DNA from: Ramazzottius varieornatus
Lineage: Eukaryota > Animalia > Tardigrada
Assembly: GCA_001949185.1 (NCBI GenBank)
Contig: BDGG01000010.1
Location: forward strand, 1,559,773 to 1,623,772
DNA: 64,000 bases
Direction: 5' to 3'
In this document: piece by piece, positions 37,757-52,274 of the stretch
How positions within the stretch are numbered: the first letter of the stretch is position 1
How the letters are laid out: every line of letters begins with the position of its first letter
The notes under the pieces: generated by a model
The model's database searches: none
Told to the model about the DNA's origin: nothing
Seen by the model: only the letters and a program-made list of their open reading frames with translations
Made by a program: the position numbers and the translations under genes

Positions 37757-40700
37757 ATGTGGGGAGAGGTGGTCAGTTCAAGCCGGAGACGTCAGTGCCG
37801 CAAACGGGACGACATTAGGTCAAGTGGATGTGCATCGTCAGGTGAAACGTCCAACGTTGCCCAAGCGTGTCCGAATAAACCACAAACGTTTTCTTCACCA
37901 CCCTCATCACCTGTGTTCAGATGCATCTCAACCTGCCTACGGTATTATTGTCTAATACTGGTACTGTTTGACCAAGGAAGAAGGGCTTCCGCCATCCAAC
38001 TTCCGGATGTGTATTGGAATTCCTCCAATCCAATGTAAGGTTCCTCAGGCAAAACCGTTCTTGTGGAAATCGCCTTATTTTAGGAATTGAAATTGTACGT
38101 GAAAGTGGATAGGCGGGAAAATTAAATTATTTCCGGTAATGTGAGAGTTCAATCTTGTTCTGGTACGATGTGTTAATGTGGTGTGGATTACTTGTGGGTA
38201 ATCAACAAGATGCTTGTTTATGGACAGAACAAGTGGTGTAAATGAGACTGCTCATTTTTCATACGAACCAAGCCGCGGTTGCGGAATAATTATATCATAT
38301 CATGTCAAAAATGGCGCTGCTTTGAATAGGCAGACAAAAAAATGATTCTTCTTGACAAGCTTCAGAAGAGCATGTTGTTCCGCACTCAGACCCATATCTT
38401 GCGTATTCTTTGATACTGTCACAATGGCCAGCTAAGAGCCGTTAGATGAGCTACCGATCTAGCGCTAGCTCTCTGTCCCAACAACGTTTGGTCGTGCTCT
38501 GTTGCGCCAAAGAAGAATACAGCTCCGCATATATATGCCACAAAAAGCATGTTCTCTTCATGAACATTTTGACGGCTACATAATCTTGGCGTGTCACTTC
38601 CGTGCTAATCATGCAGCTAGCTCTTGTCTCCATCTGCGACGTGCAAAGACGATCGAGCTTCATCATTGGTATTCAGGCTAAAATTATGTCTTGTTTAATG
38701 TGTGGCTGCTGGTAGAATATGTATATCTAGAAATAGCATGGAAATGATGTGCTTGAAGATGGTGATTGAAAAATAAACGACTAGCTCGACCGTCTGATGC
38801 ATTGAGGTGCGATTAGACACTCGATGAAGCTCCAGCTCTTCAGGCTGCCACTTCAACATTGTCAAGCCCTCGCTTCTGTAACATATGCTACCTAGGCATC
38901 GCTGTCAACGTTTGTTATGTCAGACAATGCCTGGTTCTTGCAAGATTCGAAACTTCCAAAAAGAACCGTGGCAAGGAAGAAACAAGTTCCTGGTTGCGGA
39001 AAATGGGACGCTGGCAACTGAGCTGCACGGAATCGTTGTTTCAAGTGGCGCACATTCTCATTTTTTTTGACTGAAACTGTGCGCCACTTGGAAGACGATT
39101 TGTTTAAGCCGTTCGCCGACGTCCCGAATATTCACATGTTTTAGTACAAATATTACTATAATTAGTAACTTGGTTTTCTTGTCAGCTAACAATGCATGGT
39201 TCTATAAGGTATTTGACATCATCGGAAAAACTGCAATTTCCTGACAGTTTTGACAAAAGGGGTCTCGGGCTTCACGTTGCGACCAATACTGATCACAGCC
39301 CACAAACCATAACAGATCATCTTAAATATTTTAATCACAGCTTTTCATCTTTGATGGACGTGACAAGAGTGACCGTTCTAAATTTGTGCTTGATGGTTGT
39401 CTCAGCGGCGGTGCATTTTCCTCTTAAATACTTTTATGACAGTGTTTGTGCTTTATGAAGCGGACAAAACCGTAATTTAGCATGTCCGGCTGGTGGCTTG
39501 GAAGGGTAAAGGCGGATCGCCACGGGAAAAGCTGGCTTTATGCTTTGTGCAAGTGAGCAGGATGAATTGGCTATACGTGCGTATTATTCTCTTGTTTAAT
39601 TTACTTGATGTCCGTCAGGGCGGATATAATGGGCATGGCTGGTACTACCTGACTTTTGTGCTCAGCCAAGCTTTAGTCTCAACCCGACCAGGAGGAATAC
39701 TGTCAATTTTCCAGCCAGCAGTTGTCTTTGTTCTCCCTATGGTATTGTTCCAGGTTCAGGCATATCAGTCTCACAGAATTATTTTCCGCTTTATGGAAAC
39801 CCATAACCCGAACTGCTCCTTTGAGACTATTTAGCCAGTGCAGGATGGAACATGCAAAGTGCTTAACGATAAGCTAGGATGGACTGAAACAAACGGCGTC
39901 GTAAACGCCGGTAAAGCGTTTCCGCTTCCGTAGGCAAATGCGACTTTGCTCCCCCTGTAAACGTAGTCAACCGATAATTGCTGCCTTTAAATCATCCGAG
40001 TAAACTTTGTAGAGTGTGTTACGCATCTCACAGCAAGCTTCTACTTTTCGATAAGGGATATGGGCCTCTGTTTATACACTTTATCTGTTGGTGGTTGGAA
40101 AGAAGGTGAGGTATACGGCGATAAAACCGCCGTGATTTAAAGTCAGTCCTGACAGCTCTTCGAGTGGGTGATCGGTCATTGTGTATACTCTCTGAAGCCC
40201 AATCGAGGGCTACTTGCAATAAATTCAAATGTGTCGAGATAAAGGGAGTCCGTTCTTCGCACGATAAGCGGAAGGTCGGCAAAAATAATTACCGGTCTTT
40301 CAAACACCTGCATATAATGAACTTCGAAGTGGGTCTGTTTTGGAAGTATGCAGGTGGATGAAAGTGTTCCATCGGTTTGCCGCCCTCGAGCTTTGAGGTA
40401 TGTTGGCTGCACGAGAGTACTCGCGACCTTCTGGATTTACGATCGTAGAGTGTTGAGACGCCTGCAAGGCACAAAAGTCAAGCCAGCGATACAGCCAAGA
40501 AAATTGCGAAGAGAAAAATGTCCCCAAAGGTAATTTACGGAGGTACTTCCTGGTTGCCTTTGCTTTTTCTATTGTCAGTTTCCGTACATAGAAAATTGCA
40601 TGGAAGCCAGGGAAAATCAAGTTTCTTTGTGTGGCGATAAGTGGTCTTTTTCTCACAGTTTGTCAGGAAAATGATCGAGTGGCCTTGCGTGCGAGTCTTC

Positions 40701-43700
40701 CATGGGTAAATCAAATGAAGCTACCGCGTCCAAATTTGACTATGTTCATTTCTTACCAAGTGTATTAAAGTGTCGTAAATGACGTTGTTCAACCTGCTTT
40801 TTCTGATATCAAGGCAGCTTGTCGTGTTTACTTGGGTGTTGACATGATACCGGTGTTGGACCTTCGTGGAACCACTCCATCAAGGTTCTTCACTCTTTTC
40901 CAGTCGTGCTTCTTTAGGTTTATATCGGGTCTACTGGAGAAAAAGTGATGTTTTTGTCCCAGGAAGACTAGGCTGGAAGAGGAGAAACGAAAGGAGCGCA
41001 GCTGTGTTAGCTCTGCATCATCGGGCGTTTTGTCCAGAGTTATAAGCTGACAACAATGGCACTTCTTTGCGTTGCTGAATGGCAAGCCTGTGCTCTTGGA
41101 GAAACTTGACCATCGAACGCTGGCCTTTTATTTGCTTCTTCTTTTCCCACTTCTTCTTGACAGGCAGACGGCAGGCAGGGCTTTGGCAAAGGCGAATATA
41201 ATGGACTCCTCTGATCGACTGACCGGTGCGAAGTGAAGGATTGGTAATTGGACTATGAGCACGTCCAGTTTTGGTCGGAGCATGTGCCAGCAAACGTTGA
41301 CTGGACAAAAGCCAGCTAAAAGTGTATCAAGTGACCAGTGGTCAGTTTAGTTTGGCTTGGTGTGTAATTTTGGACTTTTCGGCTGATTGTTTGGCCAGCG
41401 ACTTTGGTTAATCCGGCCAAGCATGCTGCTTTGCACCTTGAGGCTAAACACAAGGCTTTGGTCTTAACGCGTTGCACTCTCCGATGTATAATTTAGGTGT
41501 GATAATCGGTGGACGTTCGTTCAAGATAGCTTTGCTAAAAGCTCATGCATATTACTTGGTGCAGTCAGGCTCTCACGGTGAAAGAAGCAAGGAAGAGAAG
41601 GGAAAGGTGAAGGAATGGGTAATGGCAGGTGAAAATGTACGAGCAAGCCAACGGAGAAAGAGCAATTAAAACAGCGAGAGATCGCTAACGGGGACCATGT
41701 ACATGCTAAATTGCGGAGAGGCAATAATGGACATAAAAGACCAACGATCGGGGAAAAATGAAGCGAGATGAAAGAACAAGCTCTCCGACACACTGATAGC
41801 CATCATAATTCATACGCTTCCCTTCCGCCACACAGAAAACGCCCACCGCTCACTGTGCGAACTTTTTTTAATGATAGCCTTGTCACTCACGGGGAAAATT
41901 GCCTTCACCAGTGACCACATGGCGTAGCAAGGGAACATTTTTTCCAAGAGACTTCCTTGGGAGTTCAAGAAAATCCATAATATCGACCGACGATAATTCT
42001 TGCTAGGTTTACTTGGCCATAATCTTTATTTAATGTGGTGGCGATCAAGGCAAGCGTTTAGCGCTTCTTGATTGTTGCCGGAATGACCAGCATACATGTC
42101 CTTCCATTTCTGGCTTAGAGAATTGCACGTGAAGACGGATGGATCTTCTTCGTCTTCATCAACGATAGCAACTTGACACAGTGGCGTCAACTTTGCACCA
42201 CTGAAACTTTGATGAACTTAGCCCACTTTGGTCGGTACTTTCAGTCCTAGACTGTGGTCTAAATTGATTTAGCCAACAATGATATCAGATGCATCAACAG
42301 TAGCTATTAGCTTTCCTTTAATGAATATTAATGATGCTGGACCGTCAGACTTCACAAGTCAGATCAGATGCCAGCACCATTGCGAACACAATTTCGGCTA
42401 ATATTAGTGTAGTGCATTGTAATTTTCGGCTGCTGGTCAAGAGAAAGCCTTTCGAACCTTTGACGGCTGCTTATTATTGGATCATATCAGCTTGATGAAG
42501 TAGCCTCAACGAACCCGGTGCAGAATAAAGGGGAGTGGATGGAACAGCATATGGCTGCCCCGGCTTTGTCCAAGAGGATCAGATCGGATATAGATGTGGG
42601 TAGTAGTTCATCCTTCTGGATTTTAGTCCTTCTACCATTGATATTAATGATGGTCCTTGGGAAGAGGCTAGTTGGACAAAAGCCGGGTCATATGCCTCAG
42701 TCATTAAAGGAGCGTTTTTGCCGAAAGTCGAGTCGACAGGGGGCGTATTTAAGCCAGTGCGGACTGCGGTCCATAAATGTATCTTTTTAGCCTAAGCGGA
42801 TTATTTAGAGCTAAACAGCGGGAGGAAAAACGTTCGTTAAATGTGATCACTTTCCCATGAAGAAATCTTATCATTTGTGTTTGTGAACGCACGTGTGCAT
42901 GTTGCCTTGATTTATGATGGACGGTGATGCAGTGCGCTGTTCCTCGGTATGGAAAAATTGGCTAAATCAGCCCGAATGACTCTGTCGTAATCTTTAATTG
43001 CGTATTCCTGGCGTAAAGCGGCAGATGTTAGAGTCAAAATTGAGATGAGGTCAAAAGCCAACATTTCTGCACCATTTGAGCCAACTGTGCACTTTGTGGA
43101 ACTGTCTGTTATATAGTGGAACATTTGGAGAGCATTTGAGCTAAATGTTCCCAGTTTGCATGAACCTGCATACTTGTGAGGCATTAGCTAAGTTGTTGCT
43201 TAGTGCATGCCAGTGGGAGATCTCAACGTTGAAATGCGGCCATGCCGCATACCCTAGAGATGCAGCTCGAGCACCTGCGTACTTGTACTCGTGTTGCATG
43301 CAAGTACCTCTGTATGCAGATTTGGGAAAGGTGTATCGTGTTGTTTGACGATCGCAAATATTCAACCAGGAAGTTCCGGGTTCCTGGCGCAAAGCGCAGC
43401 TGGGAAGATTGATGTTGTTTTCATTGAGACAAACTGAGGCATTTGAACTTTGGCGCCTTTCTTTTGCATCATTCCACACATTCAAAATCGCATAGCTATC
43501 TCGTAAATGGTAATTTCATGATGTGCATATATTTTTTAAGTGCAAAGTGAAAGTCGGTTGATGATGTGACATTTTGTGTCGATAATGTGAATATGAATAT
43601 GTAGTGTAGGATATGGACAAGTCCGATGATTGATGCAGTGTGATTTATTAACTCTACAGACGTGTTTCCAGTTCATGTTGGATTAACGCTGGCAGGCATG

Positions 43701-46700
43701 CAGCGGCCATAGATATCGCTCGGGACAAGATTACCATGTTGGACAACCATTTTTGAATTCTGTCCCAGGGCATCTATTACAGCACTCTGTTGCATGTGGC
43801 ACGTAATGCTAGGGTATGGTCGGTCGAATTTGATCGGCGGCCGCCATCTTTCCAACAACAGTAGCAGCTTGACCACTCGCTAGTTTACTCCCGAGTTAAA
43901 CTGAATTAACTGTCCGTCTGCCTCTCCTCCCTCCTGCTGACCTCGTCGTGAATTAACAATTGTTTTCTCATATCCACAATCACTTGTTGAGACCTGCCTC
44001 CAAACAGCAAAAATCGAAATCAAAAAAAATTAAATAATTTTTGCTGAAAAATAACAAATGGGACGTCGGCAAATTATCTGGACCAGATCGTTTTCCAGAG
44101 TGGCGTACACGTTCAACCAGTAACAATGGAAGCGTGCGCCACGTGAGACAACGATCTGGCTAAAGCCATTTTGCCTACTTCACAAATAAATTTCCGCGGG
44201 TTGGGACTTCGGGGGGGGAGGGGTCTGTGGGGTATTGGGCGTCGTAGCTTACACTCGCAGGAATATTTTGACCGATGGCCACCCGCAGTTTACGCGTCTC
44301 GAAGTCAGCCTTTGCGTAACTTGACACAGTGTCTCTCACTGGGAGGAAATATCGCAGGATGAATCAATTTGATACGAAGGATCCACTTGATACTACAAGA
44401 CCTTCTTTCTAGGGACCGAAGAAAGACATTGGTCAGCAGGGAGAGGAAATTGAATCTGACTTGCCGGTTCACCCTCACTTTGTTCGGAAATTGTTCGCTC
44501 TGGCTCGTTCGTGGTGTCTTTCGAAGTGCTTCCCAACAGCGCTCTGCGGTATAACGCTGCCGGCTCTTGAGAGAGAATTGAGTAGTTTACGTTGAAGCTG
44601 TGTTAAGATGTTCGGTTAGTTTAACATCTTTTTGGCTTTCATCCGTGGCAGTCTAAGTCAATATGGATGGATGAAGGGATTCCCGTAGCCGTGGCTCATG
44701 ACTGTCCAACTTTCCACCGTCCAATATGTACACACTCTTAGGCCGGTTATGGCGGACTGAAAAGGTTAAGAGCGGCCTTGTCACGTCTCAAGTCAAAAGT
44801 AGTTAAACGTTGTGGGAGAAAGAAAATGACCGTTTCTCAACGGAGCGCATCTCAACAGTTGATAAAGCATGTTATTACAGTGCACACTACTCCATGATTT
44901 AAAAATGTCTGTTATTGGGCCGTCTTGATATGTCTTGTAGAAAGAATTCCAGAAGACATAAAAGAGGTGATTACGGCCTTGGTCCAACAGGTAACTGCTT
45001 ATTAATTCCAACAGGGCGTGTCCACAACGGAGACATGCAGGAAGATTCCAGTATCCCGCATTCCCTTCAGCTGGCGCTTTTTTCCCCTTCTTCCGATGAG
45101 GGACAATTAATGACCACAAGTGCTGGCCCTGATAAGTGGACGTGAACGGTACCGTCCGGAGGTAATTACCGGACTCTGCTTTTATTTCGGCAGATATGCA
45201 GGTAGTGACTGGCTGTCTGTAAGGTTGAAACAGTCGGAACCAAGAAGACGTCGCTACCTAACATGGCTACTTATTAAACATGGCCCACCTAGCGGGTAGT
45301 CATACCCACCGTGCCCAATCTTCCATAACCGCCGCCGCCAGCAACATGTGTTACTGACTCCTTTTGTCTTGCATATCGAAGCTAATATCCAGCAAAGTTT
45401 TCAATCAGATTGGAAACCTTTTCAACTGATACATTATCCTGGACATCCCGGCGAGTTCCTCACAAAGCAGGAAGGGCAGGTCATTTCCCTAATGGAAGCC
45501 ATACGCCCTCATCCACAGGTTTTCTTCCTATGCCAACCCTTCCTCATCTTACGGACCTCTCTGGACACGCTTTCGTTGAAAAACAACTCGAGAAAAATAG
45601 CCAGAAATATTCGAAATCAATTATTCGATGTAGGGGTCGCTTTGGGAAGGAGGATTGGGGTGCGAGCGAGCAGCTGTGTGTGGAATTAGGGGAACAGTGG
45701 AGCGGCGTCAAGTGTTGACCAGTGTCCAGTTTCCCTAGCGGTCGCTTTCTTTTGATGGGTGTCGTGTATATTTGTCAATAAATGATCGATCATACTCTGT
45801 CGAGTATGGAATCTCTAGTGCAAGCAACGCTGTAGCACCACACGAGCTCTTAAGAACCCCCATGGGAAAGGACATTGGAGGGATTACAGGACATGATAGG
45901 CCTCTGGGTAGTCTCCACCATTCGATCTCGTCTTATGCAACTCAAAGCCTTTTGCAGCCAAGGCTTTGCTGACAGATCTTAATAAGCTGGCTGGCTGAGA
46001 AAAAAGAGATCCCAACTGGCCGGTCATGGTATTTTCTTTCCTGTGGCGTTGCAGGCTCTTTCAACGCCGGATTTGCTCATCGAACAAAAGGCAGTCATCG
46101 AATGCGCCGCTAAGAGATTTTTACCAAGCTGGTGGTAGTGTCGAGTTACCTCCGCGACAAGATATCAAGCAGCGCCTCAAGAGATACATGCTACGATAAC
46201 ACCGATGCCTGTAGACTTGCACAGAAAGCTTCCACATTGACCCCTAAAGGCATGCGTCGTTTATTTTCTTTCTGTATTTATTATGTGGTTATGTAAACTA
46301 GGCGGCAAGTTGGGCAAGATGCCATAACCTATGACAATAAATTCTTGCTGGTCAAATTTATACAAAAATGTACAAAATATGTTTGCCATTCAAACGCAGA
46401 AAAAATAATCCGAAAAAAGTTTTCCGAGATATTGGCAAGTATTTCGGGGTCGTATCTCGCAGATGAATACATGTTATCGGTGATTGAGCTTTTAGTTTTT
46501 GAATGGGTGAGACGACCGTGTGAAATGGGTCCGTTAAAGTTTTCCGATAGTTTATTTAAGCCGCGCAATGAAAGCACAAATTTGAGATTTCCATCCATTA
46601 GAATAACTGAGGTAAAAAAACCCTAGAAGTGGGCCATATGGCTCGTTACTCGATGTGTCAAGAGCAAATGCAAGGCAATTTGGTTTTGTTTGCTTTACGA

Positions 46701-48988
46701 ATCTAAAGATGACCGAAGGGAATGGTGGTCCCTGTGAAAAGCCCGTGCGCCAGTTGAATGGGGTAATTCGAGCTGTGGTGTTTGCGTTGTCAACGTTCAA
46801 AGGGAAACGTGACCTTATGAAGTAGTTGTTGTCCTAGTAAAAACCTTTCCCAGACATTCTAGCACAAACGTATGTCATTTAATATCTCATGTATTCTTCT
46901 TGTTCGTTTACAGATTCCGCATCGACAATACTGACCACATCATTGATGTCAACAAGAGTCCGCAAGAGTACGATCGAGTGAACATTTATTGTCCACGCTT
47001 TCCTCGCCATCAAAGTGGTGGCGTAACAACATCCATCGATGCCGGTCAAAACAAGTCCGGCAACGATGGCTATTATATCATCTACAACGTTTCCAAGGAG
47101 GAATACGAGAGCTGCAGCGTCACGAACCCTTCGGCACGGCGCATGGTTGTCTGTGATAATCCCTCGTCTGACCGTCTTTCTTACGTCACCATCACCTTCC
47201 GTCCTTACAGCCCAACGCCCAACGGACCAGAATTTCATGCCGGCCATGATTACTATTTCATAAGTAAGTCCAAATCCCCTTCCTCCACTTTACTATCTTA
47301 ATTCCCTTCGCCTGAATTACCGCCTTTAGCTTTTGACTGCCGTCAGAACTTCTTTGGTCAAAGGCAACTTTGGACAACAGCGGCTCAAAACTGTATAAGG
47401 AACTTAAAGTCCTTGTCGACAACATGCCCTAATCCGTCTACCAACTTCCAGTCTTGCGTGAGCAAGACTGGAAGTGCAACTTTAGGAGCCTTCAGGTTAT
47501 GCGAAATCTTAATTAGCGTGACTATGTTAACTAAGATTTCACTTGAGAATAACCTGATGAAGAGATTCTATCAAGAAGTGTTGTCAGCACTTGTTGGTCG
47601 CTCTTCCTGTGTAGACACTTTTTAATTGACATGTTACTTGAAATTAGCATGGGCAAAGGGAAATCGGAGCGCTCGGCTCTTTGTCAGCTTCGAGCCTTCC
47701 AAAATTTAGATCAGTGCCAGATTGAAAATCTGCCCATTGGAATTTCTATGGTCGTTTCGAAATTTCCGTTTGGGCAAGTTTTACCAAACTAAATAAAAGG
47801 AAACCGCCTTGTCGACTTCTGATGGGAATGCACAAAGCAAAGTCTGCCTGATGACGATCTGTAAATGAGCGAGACATTTAGCAGACTCATTGGAAGAATG
47901 TTTTATGACTCGTCTGTCTGGAAGAGAGTCAACACAAGTAATGAGAAGCAATAATATCAAAGTAGCACAGAAGGGAGCGGGAACTGGGCGATTACGGCTT
48001 TTTATGGTCAGTTGGCATGATCTAATTAACCATCCTTTTTCCTTTTCTAATTACAGCCACTTCGACGGGGACAGAAGCCGGACTGGATAACAAGTTTGGT
48101 GGACGCTGTTCGTCGCACAATATGCGCCTCGTCTTCAAAGTGGCAGGCGGCGCTGAAACCACCGATAATGGTCAGTACTTTTATTCCTGTTCAACCTTGA
48201 TATATAATTGACTTGCGCAATGCAATTATCTTCTTACGCTAACCTTCTTCAATTTCGCCTTTTCACAGATGATGGGACACAGCGATTTCCGCCCCCTGTG
48301 ATCCGTCTTCCCTTGCCGGAGCCAAAGCCGTCCTACGAGACAGTAACAATCACTCAAGATGTGCCTATTGTCTTCTCTTCGCCAAGGAGAACGCATTTCG
48401 GCAGACGGACAACGCGGCGACCCCGCATTATCAATCCCGAGTACACACCCAAGCCCAAAGAAGTCAAGGAAGCCAGCGTCATCGATACCGAAAACAATGA
48501 GTTACCGTCTTTACAAGATCAGTCAAGTGCAGCTGAATATCCAAGCCGACCTGGCGACCAACGAAGAAGACAATTCGATGCCACAACCAGAGGTAACTAT
48601 TTTCGATAACCGATTACCTCATCCATTTTCTTTTGTAATGCGATCGGCCAATCCATCTCTGCGTTGATGTAAACGGTAAAATGCAGACTTTGCATACACC
48701 TGCATTGGGTTGAATGCATGGCTTGGTGTATGCAGGTGGATGAAAAGCGAACAAAACAGCGCATTTTATCACAGTATTCATTTTGTCGAATGTACCTGAC
48801 GTTTGGTTTACTTTCTAGGTTTCTTTAACGTGATCAAGGAAGAGGAAGCCGCCGTTCCGGCAAGACAGACAAAGCCTGCTCCACCAAACAGCGCCAGCAA
48901 CAGTGTTATCAACAAAAATTGCCAACTTGTCATGTTTATGATGATATCCTTATGGGCGGTGATGCAAGGAATGCTCCAAAGAGTTTAG
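37757..48988 (+). CDS. Ephrin: Ephrin, probably GPI-anchored (exons 37757-38034, 46914-47263, ~48057-48170, ~48270-48591, ~48819-48988)
   Basis: DVYWNSSNP|IFRIDNTDHIIDVN..YDRVNIYCP..YIIYNVSKEEYESC..TITFRPYSPTPNGPEFHAGHDYYFI|TTSTG..GGRCSSHNMRLVFKV; C-terminal hydrophobic tail with no cytoplasmic domain. Confidence 0.93.
39002..39128. repeat. Short palindromic repeat family B, copy 2 (~130-bp MITE-like)
   Basis: gggacgctggc..aatcgttgtttcaagtggcgcaca / tgtgcgccacttggaagacgatt..gccgacgtccc. Confidence 0.75.
44056..44160. repeat. Short palindromic repeat family B, copy 3
   Basis: aaatgggacgtcggc..cagatcgttttccagagtggcgtac / gtgcgccacgtgagacaacgatctg. Confidence 0.7.
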
Positions 48989-49495
48989 AAAATGTTACAG
49001 TGGACAAAGGCACGCATGCACGCATGTAATGCTGCATCTCCTCCTTCTGGTTCCATGACCAAAGCTCTGCAATGCGGACAAGCGGCGCTGCTCAGTGGCC
49101 AAACTCTTCTCCCGGATGATGTGCCTTGAATGATGTTTGGCCTGACTACTCAAAGCATGCCGGTTTGCGGCGGTGATTTCTAGAGCGGCCATCAGCCCTG
49201 TCCATCGTCTTCGCATCGCTGCTCTTTTGTTTGAATTTGAGACTGAAGATTTGAAGAATGTATTATTTGCACAATTTGTGTGTCGGACCAAATGACATGT
49301 GGAAATTTTATTAGCGCCTTTTAGCCTTGACTCAATCCTTCGCAATAACTTTGTTCATTTGAACGGACCAATGCTTTTCATACATCTATCTTATTGTTCT
49401 GAGAAAGCACGTTCGAACACGGAATACCGGACGTGGGTGCACCAAGACACAATAAAATTATATGTAAGAAAACTAAAATTAAAATTTACATACCG

Positions 49496-50504
49496 CTATT
49501 GAACAGTTTGCGGTCTATCAAAACTTTGACCGCTATTCGCCACTTTATCATTCTGCTCAACATGTTCGGCAACGTTACCAGACTTGCGTTCTTTATAGGA
49601 CCTTACGGCATCCTCGAACAGCCGTTTATAGCCGTGATGTTTGGGTAGAACTGCACTGAAAGCGCTCAGATCATCGAGCGTGAAGATTTCTTGTGTAACC
49701 AATCCGATCACCACCTATATACAAAAGCTGAATCAGTTTTGAGAACGGTAAAAACAACGCTGGCACGTGCATACCAAGAACCCACTGTGAACTAAGGTTA
49801 CATGTGTATGCAGGTGTGTGAAATGAGAATTATTTTCCACTGTTCCAAATTAAACTGTACAGACGGAATTCGGAGTTTCTTACCTGAAGGACGGATGTAC
49901 CAGCGAACTGATTCTGCAGGAAAGCCGGGAAGCCGTTGTGGCCATCATCCAGCGTATACAGCGGTATTCGTATCACACCGAGCGACTCATGGCCGTATTC
50001 TTCCGCTTTCAGCGCGTTTAGTTCGATTTCTTTGAAGGCTTGTTCGCTGACTTCTTGAGCGTAAAAGTTGAGAATTAAGTTAGCTCGCGGACAGTAATGC
50101 GAAACTACGTAATGCGATGAATTGAAGGCGAAACGGCTCATATCGAGCGCCATCTCCTCCTCCAGCTCACGATTCAGTCCTTCTTCTAAGGTGGCGTCAG
50201 GAACGGCCAGATCGGAAACGATCCCGCCAGGAAAACCTAGCTTCCCGTCGAACCTGCAAATCAGAACACGAAAACGTTGACGAAGTGCGTACGACATAAT
50301 AAGGCAGGAAGTTTACCTCATTTGCATCATTACCCACGCTTTGCATGGAAGCTGCGAGACAAACTTGGCGTTCGTTCTGGCATAGATCATGGCGTGACAA
50401 GCCTGGACAATAGTTCCAGTATTGGCATCTTGGTAATTCAGTTGCTGGACTTGTCCCCATGGAAAGTCTGGAGCAGCAGCAACGGCAGGAGGAACTTTGC
50501 TCAT
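49496..50504 (-). CDS. NUDT16: U8 snoRNA-decapping Nudix hydrolase (3 coding exons)
   Basis: QACHAMIYA..MMQMR|FDGKLGFPGG..LEEGLNRELEEE..HESLGVIRIPLYTL..GFPAFLQNQFAG. Confidence 0.92.
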
Positions 50505-51097
50505 GTTGCTTAACCAAAAGTGTTACGAATACAATCGACTTCGAGTAAGAATTAGTACAGCATCAGGGACGATCAGAGCAGACAGAAAATTCCTTCCGCA
50601 ACTCGAAATCCTGCAAAACAGCAGCATTTACGTAAGTCTACATAGCAACCCAACAAGGAGGGAATCAGGAGTATATGGTCGGGAAGCCAACGCTGCAACC
50701 ACAGCATTTATGCCCCACTTTAGGACAAAACGTACCTGATGGAATGCAACATCACAAACTGCACCGTCAGCGCCTTACGTCTTCATGGCGGATTCTCCCC
50801 TTCCGCAAGAAACTGGCTTCGTTTACGCTGAGCTCAACGATACAAGTTAGTTGACCGTTGACGTCCAAATCAGCAGCTTCTTCACTATATTATAGCAGGA
50901 AATTTATCTTCGGATCTGATCCAGATGACTGTAATCAGTTTAATGTCATACAGCAAGCGGTAGTAAGTCATGTCATGTGATGTCATGTAATGCAATGTGA
51001 ATGAAAGATGACAGTCGTTGTGTTGAATGTCAACTGTCAAGGTTGATTTACTCGTTACTGTAGAAGAAAATCCGATGGCGTGGCCGTGGCGCGAAGT

Positions 51098-51823
<726 letters not shown>

Positions 51824-52274
51824 TTAAACATTCAACAACCAGATTACGTACCTCTCAAACGAATGATAGGATGACATGTCATGTCGTGTCATGTCATCAA
51901 CTTACCGGCGGCGCAGTATGCGCTATCATTCAAACCTTATGCCTTGATAGCTGTTCTTCTTCCCCGGCAACTTCCGATCTCCACTTCAAAGTCAAATAAG
52001 CTTGCAGCTAAGCCTTCTGTTGTCCATCAGGCAAACGGAATCACAGCGTTAGATTCTCAGTTCATATGCAGGACCCAACAAGAGCTTCAGGGAAAGAACG
52101 TAAGTTTTGCTGCTTGCAACTTTTGCTGAAGAACTGAATGGATCAAAATTTCTTCAGAACGAAGCAATGAACAAGTTGACAAGAAAGTCTGAAAGTGTTA
52201 CGATAGTCTAAGAACACCAGGCTGACGGCAAAAGGCTTAACGGGAGGATATCTGGATGTTCGAAAGCCGATGTT

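Noticed and set aside
42518-42790. ORF with a hydrophobic stretch in the ephrin intron, considered as an alternative signal exon
   Set aside because: The exon at 37757-38034 already supplies VYWNSSNP in the correct phase; no suitable donor seen here.
3182-49823. CRISPR-like reading of the palindromes with ~30-nt variable spacers
   Set aside because: The copies are dispersed inverted pairs, not tandem direct repeats; eukaryotic context, no cas genes.
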